A stretch of DNA of 51,013 nucleotides from positions 1 through 51,013 of IMG/VR virus record IMGVR_UViG_3300031454_000230. The stretch is one strand, 5' to 3'. How positions within the stretch are numbered: position 1 is the stretch's first letter; each line of letters opens with the position of its first letter. A program made the position numbers and the translations under genes. Below, piece after piece: positions 8,579-16,020 of the stretch. Source of the stretch: a virus. Taxonomy: Duplodnaviria > Caudoviricetes. The notes under the pieces were generated by a model. The model was not told the origin of the DNA and did no database searches. It saw only the letters and a list, made by a program, of their open reading frames with translations.

Positions 8579-9256
8579 CTATTTCGTCGCGTACTGGCGC
8601 TTGATCTCTTTCTCGCCTACGGGTCGCCTGACTGCCTTCGATGGCACGACGACGTAGACCGACGCGACCTCGGCAAGCTCCTCATCCGGCATCGTGGGCG
8701 CGTTGAAGCTTTCGAGGTTGTAGAGGCCGGGCTCGCTCCCACGAAGAACGCGCTTGATGTAGCGGCGGTTGTCTTTGGTCACGACGAGCGCGACGTCCCC
8801 AAGCACCTGGTCGATCGGCCCGGCCGGCTGGACCAAGACGATATCGCCCGGGTCATACTTCGGAAGCATCGAATTGCCCCACACCTCGAAGGCGCGGATG
8901 CCGGACGGAATCGGGATGTCGAGTTCGATCTGAGCGACGTCGCCTCCATAGGCGAGCTGCACCTCGGGGTTTATGTCCCCGCCGGCTCCAACAAGCCCAT
9001 CGATCAGGATCACGGTCGAGCGGTGGGCATCCGATACATCGCCTTCAGCGAACACCAGTTCTTCCGGACGCTTCCCAAGGTGGGGAGCGATCTTCTGAGA
9101 CCAGTCGATTGGGAGTTTCCTTTCGGCATCCGCCCAGCGCTGAACGTTCTGCTTCGAAGTATCCACGAGGCGAGCGAGTTCGCTCGGACCGACGCCGGCT
9201 TGCTCCATCGCGCTCCTGAGACTGTTCGGATACTTGCCTTTCATGCTCATCAGCAT
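8579..9256 (-). CDS. cI: CI-like repressor (XRE HTH plus S24 peptidase)
   Basis: HTH SELARLVDTSKQNVQRW; VGAG cleavage site; GNSM Ser and YIKRV Lys; start may instead be 9250 or 9244. Confidence 0.95.
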   Translation of the reverse strand: MLMSMKGKYPNSLRSAMEQAGVGPSELARLVDTSKQNVQRWADAERKLPIDWSQKIAPHLGKRPEELVFAEGDVSDAHRSTVILIDGLVGAGGDINPEVQLAYGGDVAQIELDIPIPSGIRAFEVWGNSMLPKYDPGDIVLVQPAGPIDQVLGDVALVVTKDNRRYIKRVLRGSEPGLYNLESFNAPTMPDEELAEVASVYVVVPSKAVRRPVGEKEIKRQYATK

Positions 9257-9334
9257 GTCACCGCTCTGGTGACAAAGGGAGCATCCAAGGTGGTGACGAA
9301 TGGACTTGCGCCGTCACCAAATCGGTGACATCTT
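9257..9334 (+). promoter_or_regulatory. oR operators and pR-like promoter
   Basis: GTCACC-N5-GGTGAC at 9257-9273 and 9313-9329, degenerate GCATCC-N5-GGTGAC at 9281-9297; TTGCGC(9306)-17 bp-CATCTT. Confidence 0.85.
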
Positions 9335-9342
9335 CCGCGCCC

Positions 9343-9591
9343 ATGACGATCACCGAGTTCCTCGCCCAAAGCGAAACGTCCGACGCTGCTCTGGCAGAAG
9401 CGATCGGGGTCTCGCGCCAGTCGCTGCACCGCTACAAGACTGGCGAGCGACGTCCGGAATGGGACGTGCTTGAGCGTCTTGCCAAGGTGACCAACGGTAA
9501 CGTCACCCCGAACGACTTCATCGACGTCCCCCGGCCCGCTCCGGCCGAGACCGAGCCGCAGCCCGGCCCCGCCCAAGGCGTGGCAGCCTGA
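9343..9591 (+). CDS. cro: Cro-like repressor
   Basis: Short HTH LAEAIGVSRQSLHRYKTGERRP and VTPNDF tail; divergent from cI. Confidence 0.92.
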   Translation: MTITEFLAQSETSDAALAEAIGVSRQSLHRYKTGERRPEWDVLERLAKVTNGNVTPNDFIDVPRPAPAETEPQPGPAQGVAA

Positions 9592-9613
9592 CATGCGCCC
9601 CGCGATCCGCGCC

Positions 9614-9907
9614 TCACTGCATCTTTCCCAGCCCGCGGCGGGCGAACTCCGCGGCGAATGCCTGTCGTGCCTTGGAGTCGACTTTCAGGTCGTGGCCGGC
9701 GCACCAGGCGACGAACTCGTCCGGGTCGATTATGGCGCGAACGACGACGTGGCCTTTGCTGGTCAACTCTCGCTCGCCAGTCTCTGCGGCCTTCAACCAT
9801 CTGTCGTACGTCGCGGGGAGCGTATCCGCGTCCTCCATGATCTTGAGAATGCGGCCGTAATCCTCGCGCTTGTACCAGGCGAGGCCGACGGCATCGGGCT
9901 TCTTCAT
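9614..9907 (-). CDS. Hypothetical protein, antisense accessory gene A
   Basis: Protein-like 97 aa (VGLAWYKREDYGRILKIMED...); GGAG SD. Confidence 0.8.
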   Translation of the reverse strand: MKKPDAVGLAWYKREDYGRILKIMEDADTLPATYDRWLKAAETGERELTSKGHVVVRAIIDPDEFVAWCAGHDLKVDSKARQAFAAEFARRGLGKMQ

Positions 9908-10044
9908 GTTCTGGACTCCATCGACGGTGCTGCAATCGCCGATGGTAGTGGGCGGGCGGGGCCGACTCTAGGGCCGGCCTCGCCCTGCTCAACCAAACCC
10001 GAGGGGAGGCCCGCCGACCAGCCGCGCTCCGCCCGCTCCGAAGC

Positions 10045-10504
10045 GGAGGCTGCCGCGTGAGCGAGCCGAAGCAAGCCGTCCCGGCCACAACGCTCTACTG
10101 CTCCTTCTGCGGAAAGACCCAGCACGAGGTCAGCAAGCTGATCGCGGGGCCGGCCGCCGTCTTCGTCTGCGACCAGTGCGTGGCGCTCTGCATGGACCTC
10201 GTTCGCGAGGATGGCTCGGAAACCGAAATCAAGGTGCCGCCTCCCCATACGCCGGTCGCGAACTCCAATGGGTTCGATAGCTGGCGTCCCCGTCTTACCG
10301 CCTTGTCCGTGCACCGGGCAGGACTCGACGGACACGTCTGCCATCTCGTGATCCGAGAGGACGGTGAGGAGCGGTACAGGTTCAAGCTCAGTCACGATCT
10401 GACGCGCCACATTGCTGATCTTCTCTCGTCAGCGGCCGCCGGCCCCGCGCCCTCCGACCGGGAGGCTGCCGCGTGAGCGAGCCGAAGCAAGCCGTCCCGG
10501 CCAC
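10045..10504 (+). repeat. 44-bp perfect direct repeat (10045-10088 and 10461-10504)
   Basis: GGAGGCTGCCGCGTGAGCGAGCCGAAGCAAGCCGTCCCGGCCAC occurs twice. Confidence 0.97.
10057..10476 (+). CDS. ClpX C4-type zinc-finger domain protein
   Basis: [37 protein letters not shown] is the ClpX N-terminal zinc-binding signature; no ATPase domain. Confidence 0.9.
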   Translation: MSEPKQAVPATTLYCSFCGKTQHEVSKLIAGPAAVFVCDQCVALCMDLVREDGSETEIKVPPPHTPVANSNGFDSWRPRLTALSVHRAGLDGHVCHLVIREDGEERYRFKLSHDLTRHIADLLSSAAAGPAPSDREAAA

Positions 10505-10563
10505 CGGTGGGTTCCCGCCATCCGAAGCGGTCACAGGCCCTCGCAAAGAAATTGATGCCCTGC

Positions 10564-10812
10564 TCATTGCAGCGACACCGGATGATCTCTGTCGAACTCC
10601 AAGCTTCGCACCTTGGATTTCAAGATGCGGAAGGTTGTTGCGTCGATTTCTGTGGCGGTCTTCTCCCAGTGAGAAATCATCTCGTGGAGGAAGCCGATGA
10701 ACTCGGGCCTTTTCAGCGTGCCTATTCGCTCCAAAAAATGGACGAGGCCTAACACGATGGCCCACGTCGTGGCGTCCCCAACGGTCAGGGCTTTGATCTG
10801 TTCTTCTGTCAT
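10564..10812 (-). CDS. Hypothetical protein, antisense accessory gene B
   Basis: MTEEQIKALTVGDATTWAIVLGLVHFLERIG...; lower GC; GGAG SD. Confidence 0.7.
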   Translation of the reverse strand: MTEEQIKALTVGDATTWAIVLGLVHFLERIGTLKRPEFIGFLHEMISHWEKTATEIDATTFRILKSKVRSLEFDRDHPVSLQ

Positions 10813-10902
10813 TGTCATCTCCATCGGCTCGGTTTGCACTGTCGATGGTGAGCGGGCCGGGCCGGCGTCGCAAGGCGTCGTGCCCGGCCTAGGGAGGGCC
10901 AC

Positions 10903-11130
10903 GTGACCGACGGCTCCCGCGTCCTCGGCTCGGTCCTGCCCGCCATCGCCGAGACCGGCCTCTCGCCGCCGCCGATGACGGTGTCGCACGGCGCCGGTCA
11001 TGTCTGGCTCGACGCCACGGCCTTCACGCCGGAGGACGCCGACGATCTTGCGCTCCTGATCCGGGATGCGGCCGCCTGCGAACGACAGTCTGATGGACCG
11101 CGCGTGCCACGGCGGGAGCCCGCGTCGTGA
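10903..11130 (+). CDS. Hypothetical protein
   Basis: GGGAGG SD before GTG; phage-like codon usage. Confidence 0.6.
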   Translation: MTDGSRVLGSVLPAIAETGLSPPPMTVSHGAGHVWLDATAFTPEDADDLALLIRDAAACERQSDGPRVPRREPAS

Positions 11131-11342
11131 CCCCCGTCGTGGTCGACGCCGGCGTCGGTCTCTCCGGCGTCATGGCCGGCGTTCTCGCCCGCCGGCAGGG
11201 CCGGGTGTTTCGGTGCCGCGTCGTCGTGCGCTGGCGCGATGGCGGCTGGTCCCGCCACGAGGTCGGGTCGTGCGGCTGCTGCACCCTGGAGGTCGGCATC
11301 TCCGGCCAGGCGCTCATCGTCTCGACGGCGGGGACGGGCTGA
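11127..11342 (+). CDS. Hypothetical protein
   Basis: GTGA-coupled ORF. Confidence 0.5.
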   Translation: MTPVVVDAGVGLSGVMAGVLARRQGRVFRCRVVVRWRDGGWSRHEVGSCGCCTLEVGISGQALIVSTAGTG

Positions 11343-11406
11343 ATGAGCGCCGTCGTCATCCTTTTCCTCGCGGCCGATCCCCGGCCGCTCTACCTGGAGC
11401 GAACCC

Positions 11407-11838
11407 ATGTCCATGATGTCTCTCGTGACCCGCTTGGTCGAAACCGTGGAGCAGAAGATCGTCGGCCTGGAGGAGCGCGTCTTTGCCAACCTCGGCGCGC
11501 TTCTGCGCTCCACCCATCTGCGCATGACCGAAGACTGGGAGGGGCGGATCAAGGCGCTGGAGAGCCGGATCGCGTCGCTCGAAGCGGCCGCCGGCTCTCA
11601 CGTCGACACGACGACGGAGGTGGCCGGGCAACTCGGCGACCTATCGCAGGCGGAAGCGTTGGAGCAGCGGCTGCTGGCGGCGTTCGCGCCTGTCACGGCG
11701 GCGGCCGCGGTGGCCAATCCGGGTCCGCTCGACATCCCGGTGGGGCTGGTTGCCGAGGATCTGGGACCGCATGCAGCCAGCGGTTCGACGGCGGATGCGA
11801 CCATCGATGGTTCATACGACGCCCGCCTCGCCGCCTGA
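11407..11838 (+). CDS. Hypothetical coiled-coil protein
   Basis: GGAG SD; heptads WEGRIKALESRIASLE. Confidence 0.7.
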   Translation: MSMMSLVTRLVETVEQKIVGLEERVFANLGALLRSTHLRMTEDWEGRIKALESRIASLEAAAGSHVDTTTEVAGQLGDLSQAEALEQRLLAAFAPVTAAAAVANPGPLDIPVGLVAEDLGPHAASGSTADATIDGSYDARLAA

Positions 11839-12144
11839 CCATATCGAGCTTGGGGCCGGTTTGTCTTGCGTCCGGCCGCCCGCGCGTCGCCGTCCACGCG
11901 CCCAGGGTAAGGACGGCAACCCTCCCCCTTGGGGGGAGGGTGCCGCTCTTGCTCGGCTCGCTCCGGTCGCGCTGTCACGCGACGGGCGAAGTGCTTCCTC
12001 GTGTCCTCCAGCGCCGCCGCGTAGCTCTCCCAAGCCGGCGGCGCGTCCTGTCCTGTCGTCACGTGATCTGGGGAGGGCGCTGAATTGGCCGCCCTGTCCG
12101 TCTCCTTCGCTCCCGCATCCATGGCCCGAGGCTATGGAGCAACC

Positions 12145-12498
12145 ATGCGACAGTCCCCACGAACAGGCGTTACAAACGTCACAGATATTCGACAGATGAG
12201 CGATGCTCGGTCCGAGAGGATCGTCGCGCTCCTGATCAAGATGTACCCGACGAAAACGGCGGAGAGCATTCAGGCCGACACCGGGATACGGGCGTCAACC
12301 GTCCGGCAATGGATGTCCCGCGAGTCGGCCCCGAACTTTCGGGCGCTGTTCCGGCTCATGTGCGCCTACGGGCCGGAGCTGCTCTTGGTCGCGCTCGACA
12401 ACCCGCCGGCATGGCTCGACGAAGCCGCCCGGAGGGAAGAGCAGCGAAAGCTCCGGGCCGGAATTGCGGCGCTTCAGGCGAAGCTGGAGCGGGCATGA
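12145..12498 (+). CDS. CII-like HTH regulator
   Basis: KTAESIQADTGIRASTVRQWMSRESAP HTH plus C-terminal coiled coil; located after cro; GGAG SD. Confidence 0.75.
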   Translation: MRQSPRTGVTNVTDIRQMSDARSERIVALLIKMYPTKTAESIQADTGIRASTVRQWMSRESAPNFRALFRLMCAYGPELLLVALDNPPAWLDEAARREEQRKLRAGIAALQAKLERA

Positions 12499-12878
12499 GC
12501 GCGCCGCTTCGCGTCATCGTCGTGTCGCGGTCGCCGACGTTTGCGCGTGCTGCCTTCGACCTGGCGGCCATCTATGTGATCCCAGGCAGGCGCGTTCTTG
12601 AGAGAGGGTCCGCCTGGGCCGCGTTCGGATCAAAGCGTTGGCGGATCGTCGAAGCGTTGGCCGTGAACCCTGGCCTTGCGCCCTGGCCGGCGCTCGAGGA
12701 GATCGTCTGCGGGGATGATCCGGACGGCGGACCGCTCGCTATACGGGCCTTGATCTTCGCCCATCTGTATTACGCGCGACCTGACCTATCCCGCCTCGGG
12801 CTCTGTGTGGAAAACCTTCGCGGACACGGGCTGTTGCTCCGTTCGTCGATCAGCACCTCCTTGCAGGCCGCCGCATGA
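12495..12878 (+). CDS. Hypothetical protein, winged-helix-like
   Basis: ATGA-coupled; WRIVEALA...LEEIVCGDDPDGGP...HLYYARPDL...VENLRGHG resembles an OmpR-type wHTH. Confidence 0.55.
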   Translation: MSAPLRVIVVSRSPTFARAAFDLAAIYVIPGRRVLERGSAWAAFGSKRWRIVEALAVNPGLAPWPALEEIVCGDDPDGGPLAIRALIFAHLYYARPDLSRLGLCVENLRGHGLLLRSSISTSLQAAA

Positions 12879-13042
12879 CCGGCGCCCGCCGCGTCTTCTT
12901 CGCTACCGCGGCCTCAGCCCTCCGCTGGTTCGCTCGCGGCGAGATGAATGCCGGCGAGCGCCTGCTCTCTTGGGCCGAGTGGTGCGAGCTCCGCACCAAG
13001 GCGATCGGCGAGGGCGACCCGCGCACCCCGCAGCCGCCGTGA
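12875..13042 (+). CDS. Small hypothetical protein (55 aa)
   Basis: ATGA-coupled MTGARRVFFATAASALRWFARGEM...; below the ORF-track cutoff. Confidence 0.45.
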   Translation: MTGARRVFFATAASALRWFARGEMNAGERLLSWAEWCELRTKAIGEGDPRTPQPP

Positions 13043-13119
13043 CCTACCCCGAAAGAAAAGCCCGCCCCGGATGCGAGCCGGAGCGGGCGGTATCGAGACC
13101 AACCGTGGAGATGCAGATC

Positions 13120-13890
13120 ATGTCCGAAACAGTCGCTTCCATCAAGGCCGAGCCCACCTTCGACCCCAAGGCCGAGACCCTGAGCGGTGATATTCGCGAT
13201 TGGCTGCTCGACAAGTTCCGGCTGCTCGACAAGCCCTGGACCAAGCTATCCGAGGCGCAGCAACGCCGGCTCATCGACCGCGCCGACGAGATGGGCCGAA
13301 CGAGCGTGCGGCGGGTGCTCGACCTCGTCACCGCGCACAAGTTTCCGACGATCGAGATCCAGGTCGGCAAGTTCAAGGGCGGTGAGAAGGGCGAGGTGAA
13401 GTTCGACAGCACGTGCCAGGATACGGACGGTAACCTCCTGGCGGTCGCGCGCGCCGGACGGGCCGTGCTGGTTCTCGCCAACCCGCAGGTGTTCTTCGGC
13501 GAGCGTGCGGCCGCGACGGCAGAGCCGGACCAGCCCGCGATGGATCTCGGCGGCGGCGACGCAGACCAGCACGGTCTGAACGAGGGAGAGCGGATCGACC
13601 CCGAAACCGGCGAGATCATCGCCGGCCAAGCGCCTCCGGAGAGGCTCGCGCTGCCAGCTCCAGGCACGGCCGGTATCCCGCTCGACGAGGCCCAGCGCCG
13701 GTTCGAGGCGGCTCGCGACAAAGCCCTGACCAAGAAGGCGGAGCGCGAGCGGAAGGCCAACGAGAAAGCCCGCACGAACACGCGGGCCAAGCGCGCCGTG
13801 AAGGTCGCTGGCGAGCCCGTCGAGGCCGAGCGCCGGGATGATCCGCCCGGGATCCCGACCGCGCCGGAGCGCGAGCTCGCCGACGCCTGA
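13120..13890 (+). CDS. Phage hypothetical protein
   Basis: AETLSGDIRDWLL...PWTKLSEAQQRRLIDR...EPDQPAMDL resembles a recurring proteobacterial prophage family (from recall); GGAG SD. Confidence 0.75.
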   Translation: MSETVASIKAEPTFDPKAETLSGDIRDWLLDKFRLLDKPWTKLSEAQQRRLIDRADEMGRTSVRRVLDLVTAHKFPTIEIQVGKFKGGEKGEVKFDSTCQDTDGNLLAVARAGRAVLVLANPQVFFGERAAATAEPDQPAMDLGGGDADQHGLNEGERIDPETGEIIAGQAPPERLALPAPGTAGIPLDEAQRRFEAARDKALTKKAERERKANEKARTNTRAKRAVKVAGEPVEAERRDDPPGIPTAPERELADA

Positions 13891-13900
13891 GCGCGCGCCG

Positions 13901-14413
13901 ATGCCCGACCCCATCGTCATCAGATTGGCTGGCGAGCCCCGCGGCAAGGGTCGGGCCCGCTCGACCATGATCCGGCCGAAGGGCCGGGCGCCCTTCATCT
14001 CGACGTATTCCCAGCCTGAGACGGCGATGTACGAGAGCCACCTTCGGCTCGCCGCTCAGGACGCGATGGAGGGGCGGATGCCGCTCTCGGGCCAGCTGCA
14101 GGTCGTGATCCTGGCCCGGTTCTCGATCCCGGCGAGCTGGTCGGCCCGAAAGCAGAAGGAAGCCAGGCTCGGCCTGCTGCGGCCGACGAAGAAGCCCGAC
14201 TTCGACAACATCGCGAAACTTTGCGACCCGATGAACAAGGTGGTCTGGACAGACGACGCGATCATCGTCGACGGGGCGGTCCGCAAGCTCTTCGGCGAGG
14301 CGCCCGAGCTCGTCTTCATCGTCTCGCACGCCGTGTCGCTCGGAGCTGCCAGCGTCCGTCCGGACCTCGTGCGTTTCGACCAGGCCGAGATGTTCGCCGG
14401 AGCGCCGGGATGA
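13901..14413 (+). CDS. rusA: RusA-family Holliday junction resolvase
   Basis: GEPRGKGRAR N-terminus; KKPDFDNIAKLCD...WTDDAII catalytic motif. Confidence 0.92.
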   Translation: MPDPIVIRLAGEPRGKGRARSTMIRPKGRAPFISTYSQPETAMYESHLRLAAQDAMEGRMPLSGQLQVVILARFSIPASWSARKQKEARLGLLRPTKKPDFDNIAKLCDPMNKVVWTDDAIIVDGAVRKLFGEAPELVFIVSHAVSLGAASVRPDLVRFDQAEMFAGAPG

Positions 14414-14886
14414 CCGCCGCTCGCGAGGGATGGACGCCCAAGCGCGTCGCCGATGTGGAGCTGCTTTGGCGCGGCGGACTGTCCGCCGGACAGATCGCGA
14501 TTGCCCTCGGCGGAGGCGTCACCCGCAACGCGGTGATAGGCAAGATCCACCGGCTTGGCCTAAAGCGACGAGCTGACACCCGGCCCGCGGCGCCGGTCGC
14601 ACGGCGACCCGCGAAGGTCACCCCGGCCCGGACGCCCGAGCCGGTCCATGCGCCGCCCGCCGAGATACCCGCGCCGCCACCTGCCGAACACCGCACGGGC
14701 CCCGTCTCGCTCCTGGAGCTTCGCGACGGCGAGTGCCGCTACCCGATCGGCGACCCGGGGACGCCGAGCTTCGGCTTCTGCGGAAGTCGCGTGCACGAGG
14801 CTGGCGCGTCCTACTGCGCCAAGCACCACCGGCTCTGTGTGTCGGACGTCGTGAACGTTCGCCGACTCGCGAGGGCGGTCAGGTGA
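14410..14886 (+). CDS. gcrA: GcrA-family cell-cycle regulator
   Basis: WTPKRV..LWRGGLSAGQIA..GVTRNAVIGKIHRLGL and LLELRDGECRYPIGDP..FGFCG..YCAKH. Confidence 0.93.
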   Translation: MTAAREGWTPKRVADVELLWRGGLSAGQIAIALGGGVTRNAVIGKIHRLGLKRRADTRPAAPVARRPAKVTPARTPEPVHAPPAEIPAPPPAEHRTGPVSLLELRDGECRYPIGDPGTPSFGFCGSRVHEAGASYCAKHHRLCVSDVVNVRRLARAVR

Positions 14887-15599
14887 GCGCGGCCCTCGTC
14901 CCGTCCGGCTCCTACGCCGTCATGGCGCAACGGCGCGAACCGCCGGACTCGCTCGACTTTTTTCCGACCCCTCCGTGGGCCACGCGGGCGCTCAGCCGGT
15001 GCGTGCTCCAGCCGCAAGGGGTTAAAACGCGCCTTCTCCAGGTTTGGGAGCCGGCCTGCGGCGAAGGCCACATGTCCACTGCTCTCGGGGATGACTTCGC
15101 GACCGTCGTCGCGACGGACGTCTTCGACTACAGTGGCGGCAATCCAACGCGATGGCCTGCCGGCTGGTGGCGCACACTCGATTTCATCGACCCGACCGAG
15201 CCGCAGACGCCAACCGTCGACTGGATCATCACCAACCCACCGTTCAAGGTCGCCGAGGCCTTCGCGCTCCGAGCGCTCGCCCTAACCCATCATGGAGTCG
15301 CGCTCCTCGTCCGATCCACTTGGCTGGAGGGCGTCGGAAGACACGAGCGTCTGTTCCGGCCGCACCCGCCCGCCGTCATCGCGCAGTTTGCCGAGCGCGT
15401 GCCGATGAGGAAGGGCCAGTGGAACCCTGAAGGCTCGACCGCCACGAGCTACGCTTGGGTGGTCTGGCGCAAGGGCTTCACGGGCACGCTGTTCACCTGG
15501 ATCCAGCCCGGGCAGCGGATCGCGCTGACGATGCCGGAGGACACCGCGCGCTTCGGTGTGCGGACCGGCGCGCCGTTGCTGGACGGAGCGGGCCCATGA
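14883..15599 (+). CDS. SAM-dependent DNA methyltransferase (probably N6-adenine)
   Basis: DFFPTPPWAT, WEPACGEGH (motif I), IITNPPF (motif IV). Confidence 0.9.
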   Translation: MSAALVPSGSYAVMAQRREPPDSLDFFPTPPWATRALSRCVLQPQGVKTRLLQVWEPACGEGHMSTALGDDFATVVATDVFDYSGGNPTRWPAGWWRTLDFIDPTEPQTPTVDWIITNPPFKVAEAFALRALALTHHGVALLVRSTWLEGVGRHERLFRPHPPAVIAQFAERVPMRKGQWNPEGSTATSYAWVVWRKGFTGTLFTWIQPGQRIALTMPEDTARFGVRTGAPLLDGAGP

Positions 15600-15808
15600 C
15601 CGCCGCCCGCAACGTCCAATGGGACATGACGCGCGCGCTCGACGCGCCGCCGGCACAGCCGCCGCGGGTGCCGGAGGTCTACGTCTGCTCGATCGCGGGG
15701 TGCGGTCGCGAGGCGAACTTCGCCGAAGGCCGGTTCGAGCTGCGGGGGCAGGCCGGGACGTGGTTCTGCGGGCCGTGCTGGCGCGAGCGGCAGGGGAGGG
15801 CGGGTTGA
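15596..15808 (+). CDS. Small zinc-finger-like protein
   Basis: CSIAGC...WFCGPC; ATGA-coupled. Confidence 0.65.
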   Translation: MTAARNVQWDMTRALDAPPAQPPRVPEVYVCSIAGCGREANFAEGRFELRGQAGTWFCGPCWRERQGRAG

Positions 15809-16020
15809 GCGTCGCCGAGACAGCAGACGACCTCGCGAACACAGCCTTCGCGGAATATTGCGAGGCCGCTCGCCTGGCTCAGGCGACGCTCGACCGTTCG
15901 GACGCCATGAGGGCCGGACGGACTTGGGCGGCGTTCATCGACCTGTTCGCGAGGATCCCACAAGGCGCGAGGGTTCCCACAACGCTGAGCCGGACCGCAG
16001 ACGTCGAGCGCCGGCCGTGA
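15805..16020 (+). CDS. Hypothetical protein
   Basis: TTG start after GGAGGG; DAMRAGRTWAAFIDLF; coupled at both ends. Confidence 0.6.
   Translation: MSVAETADDLANTAFAEYCEAARLAQATLDRSDAMRAGRTWAAFIDLFARIPQGARVPTTLSRTADVERRP

Noticed and set aside
10057-10476. Host clpX gene or clpX pseudogene
   Set aside because: Only the zinc finger is present, fused to unrelated sequence within a phage operon, with no AAA+ remnants
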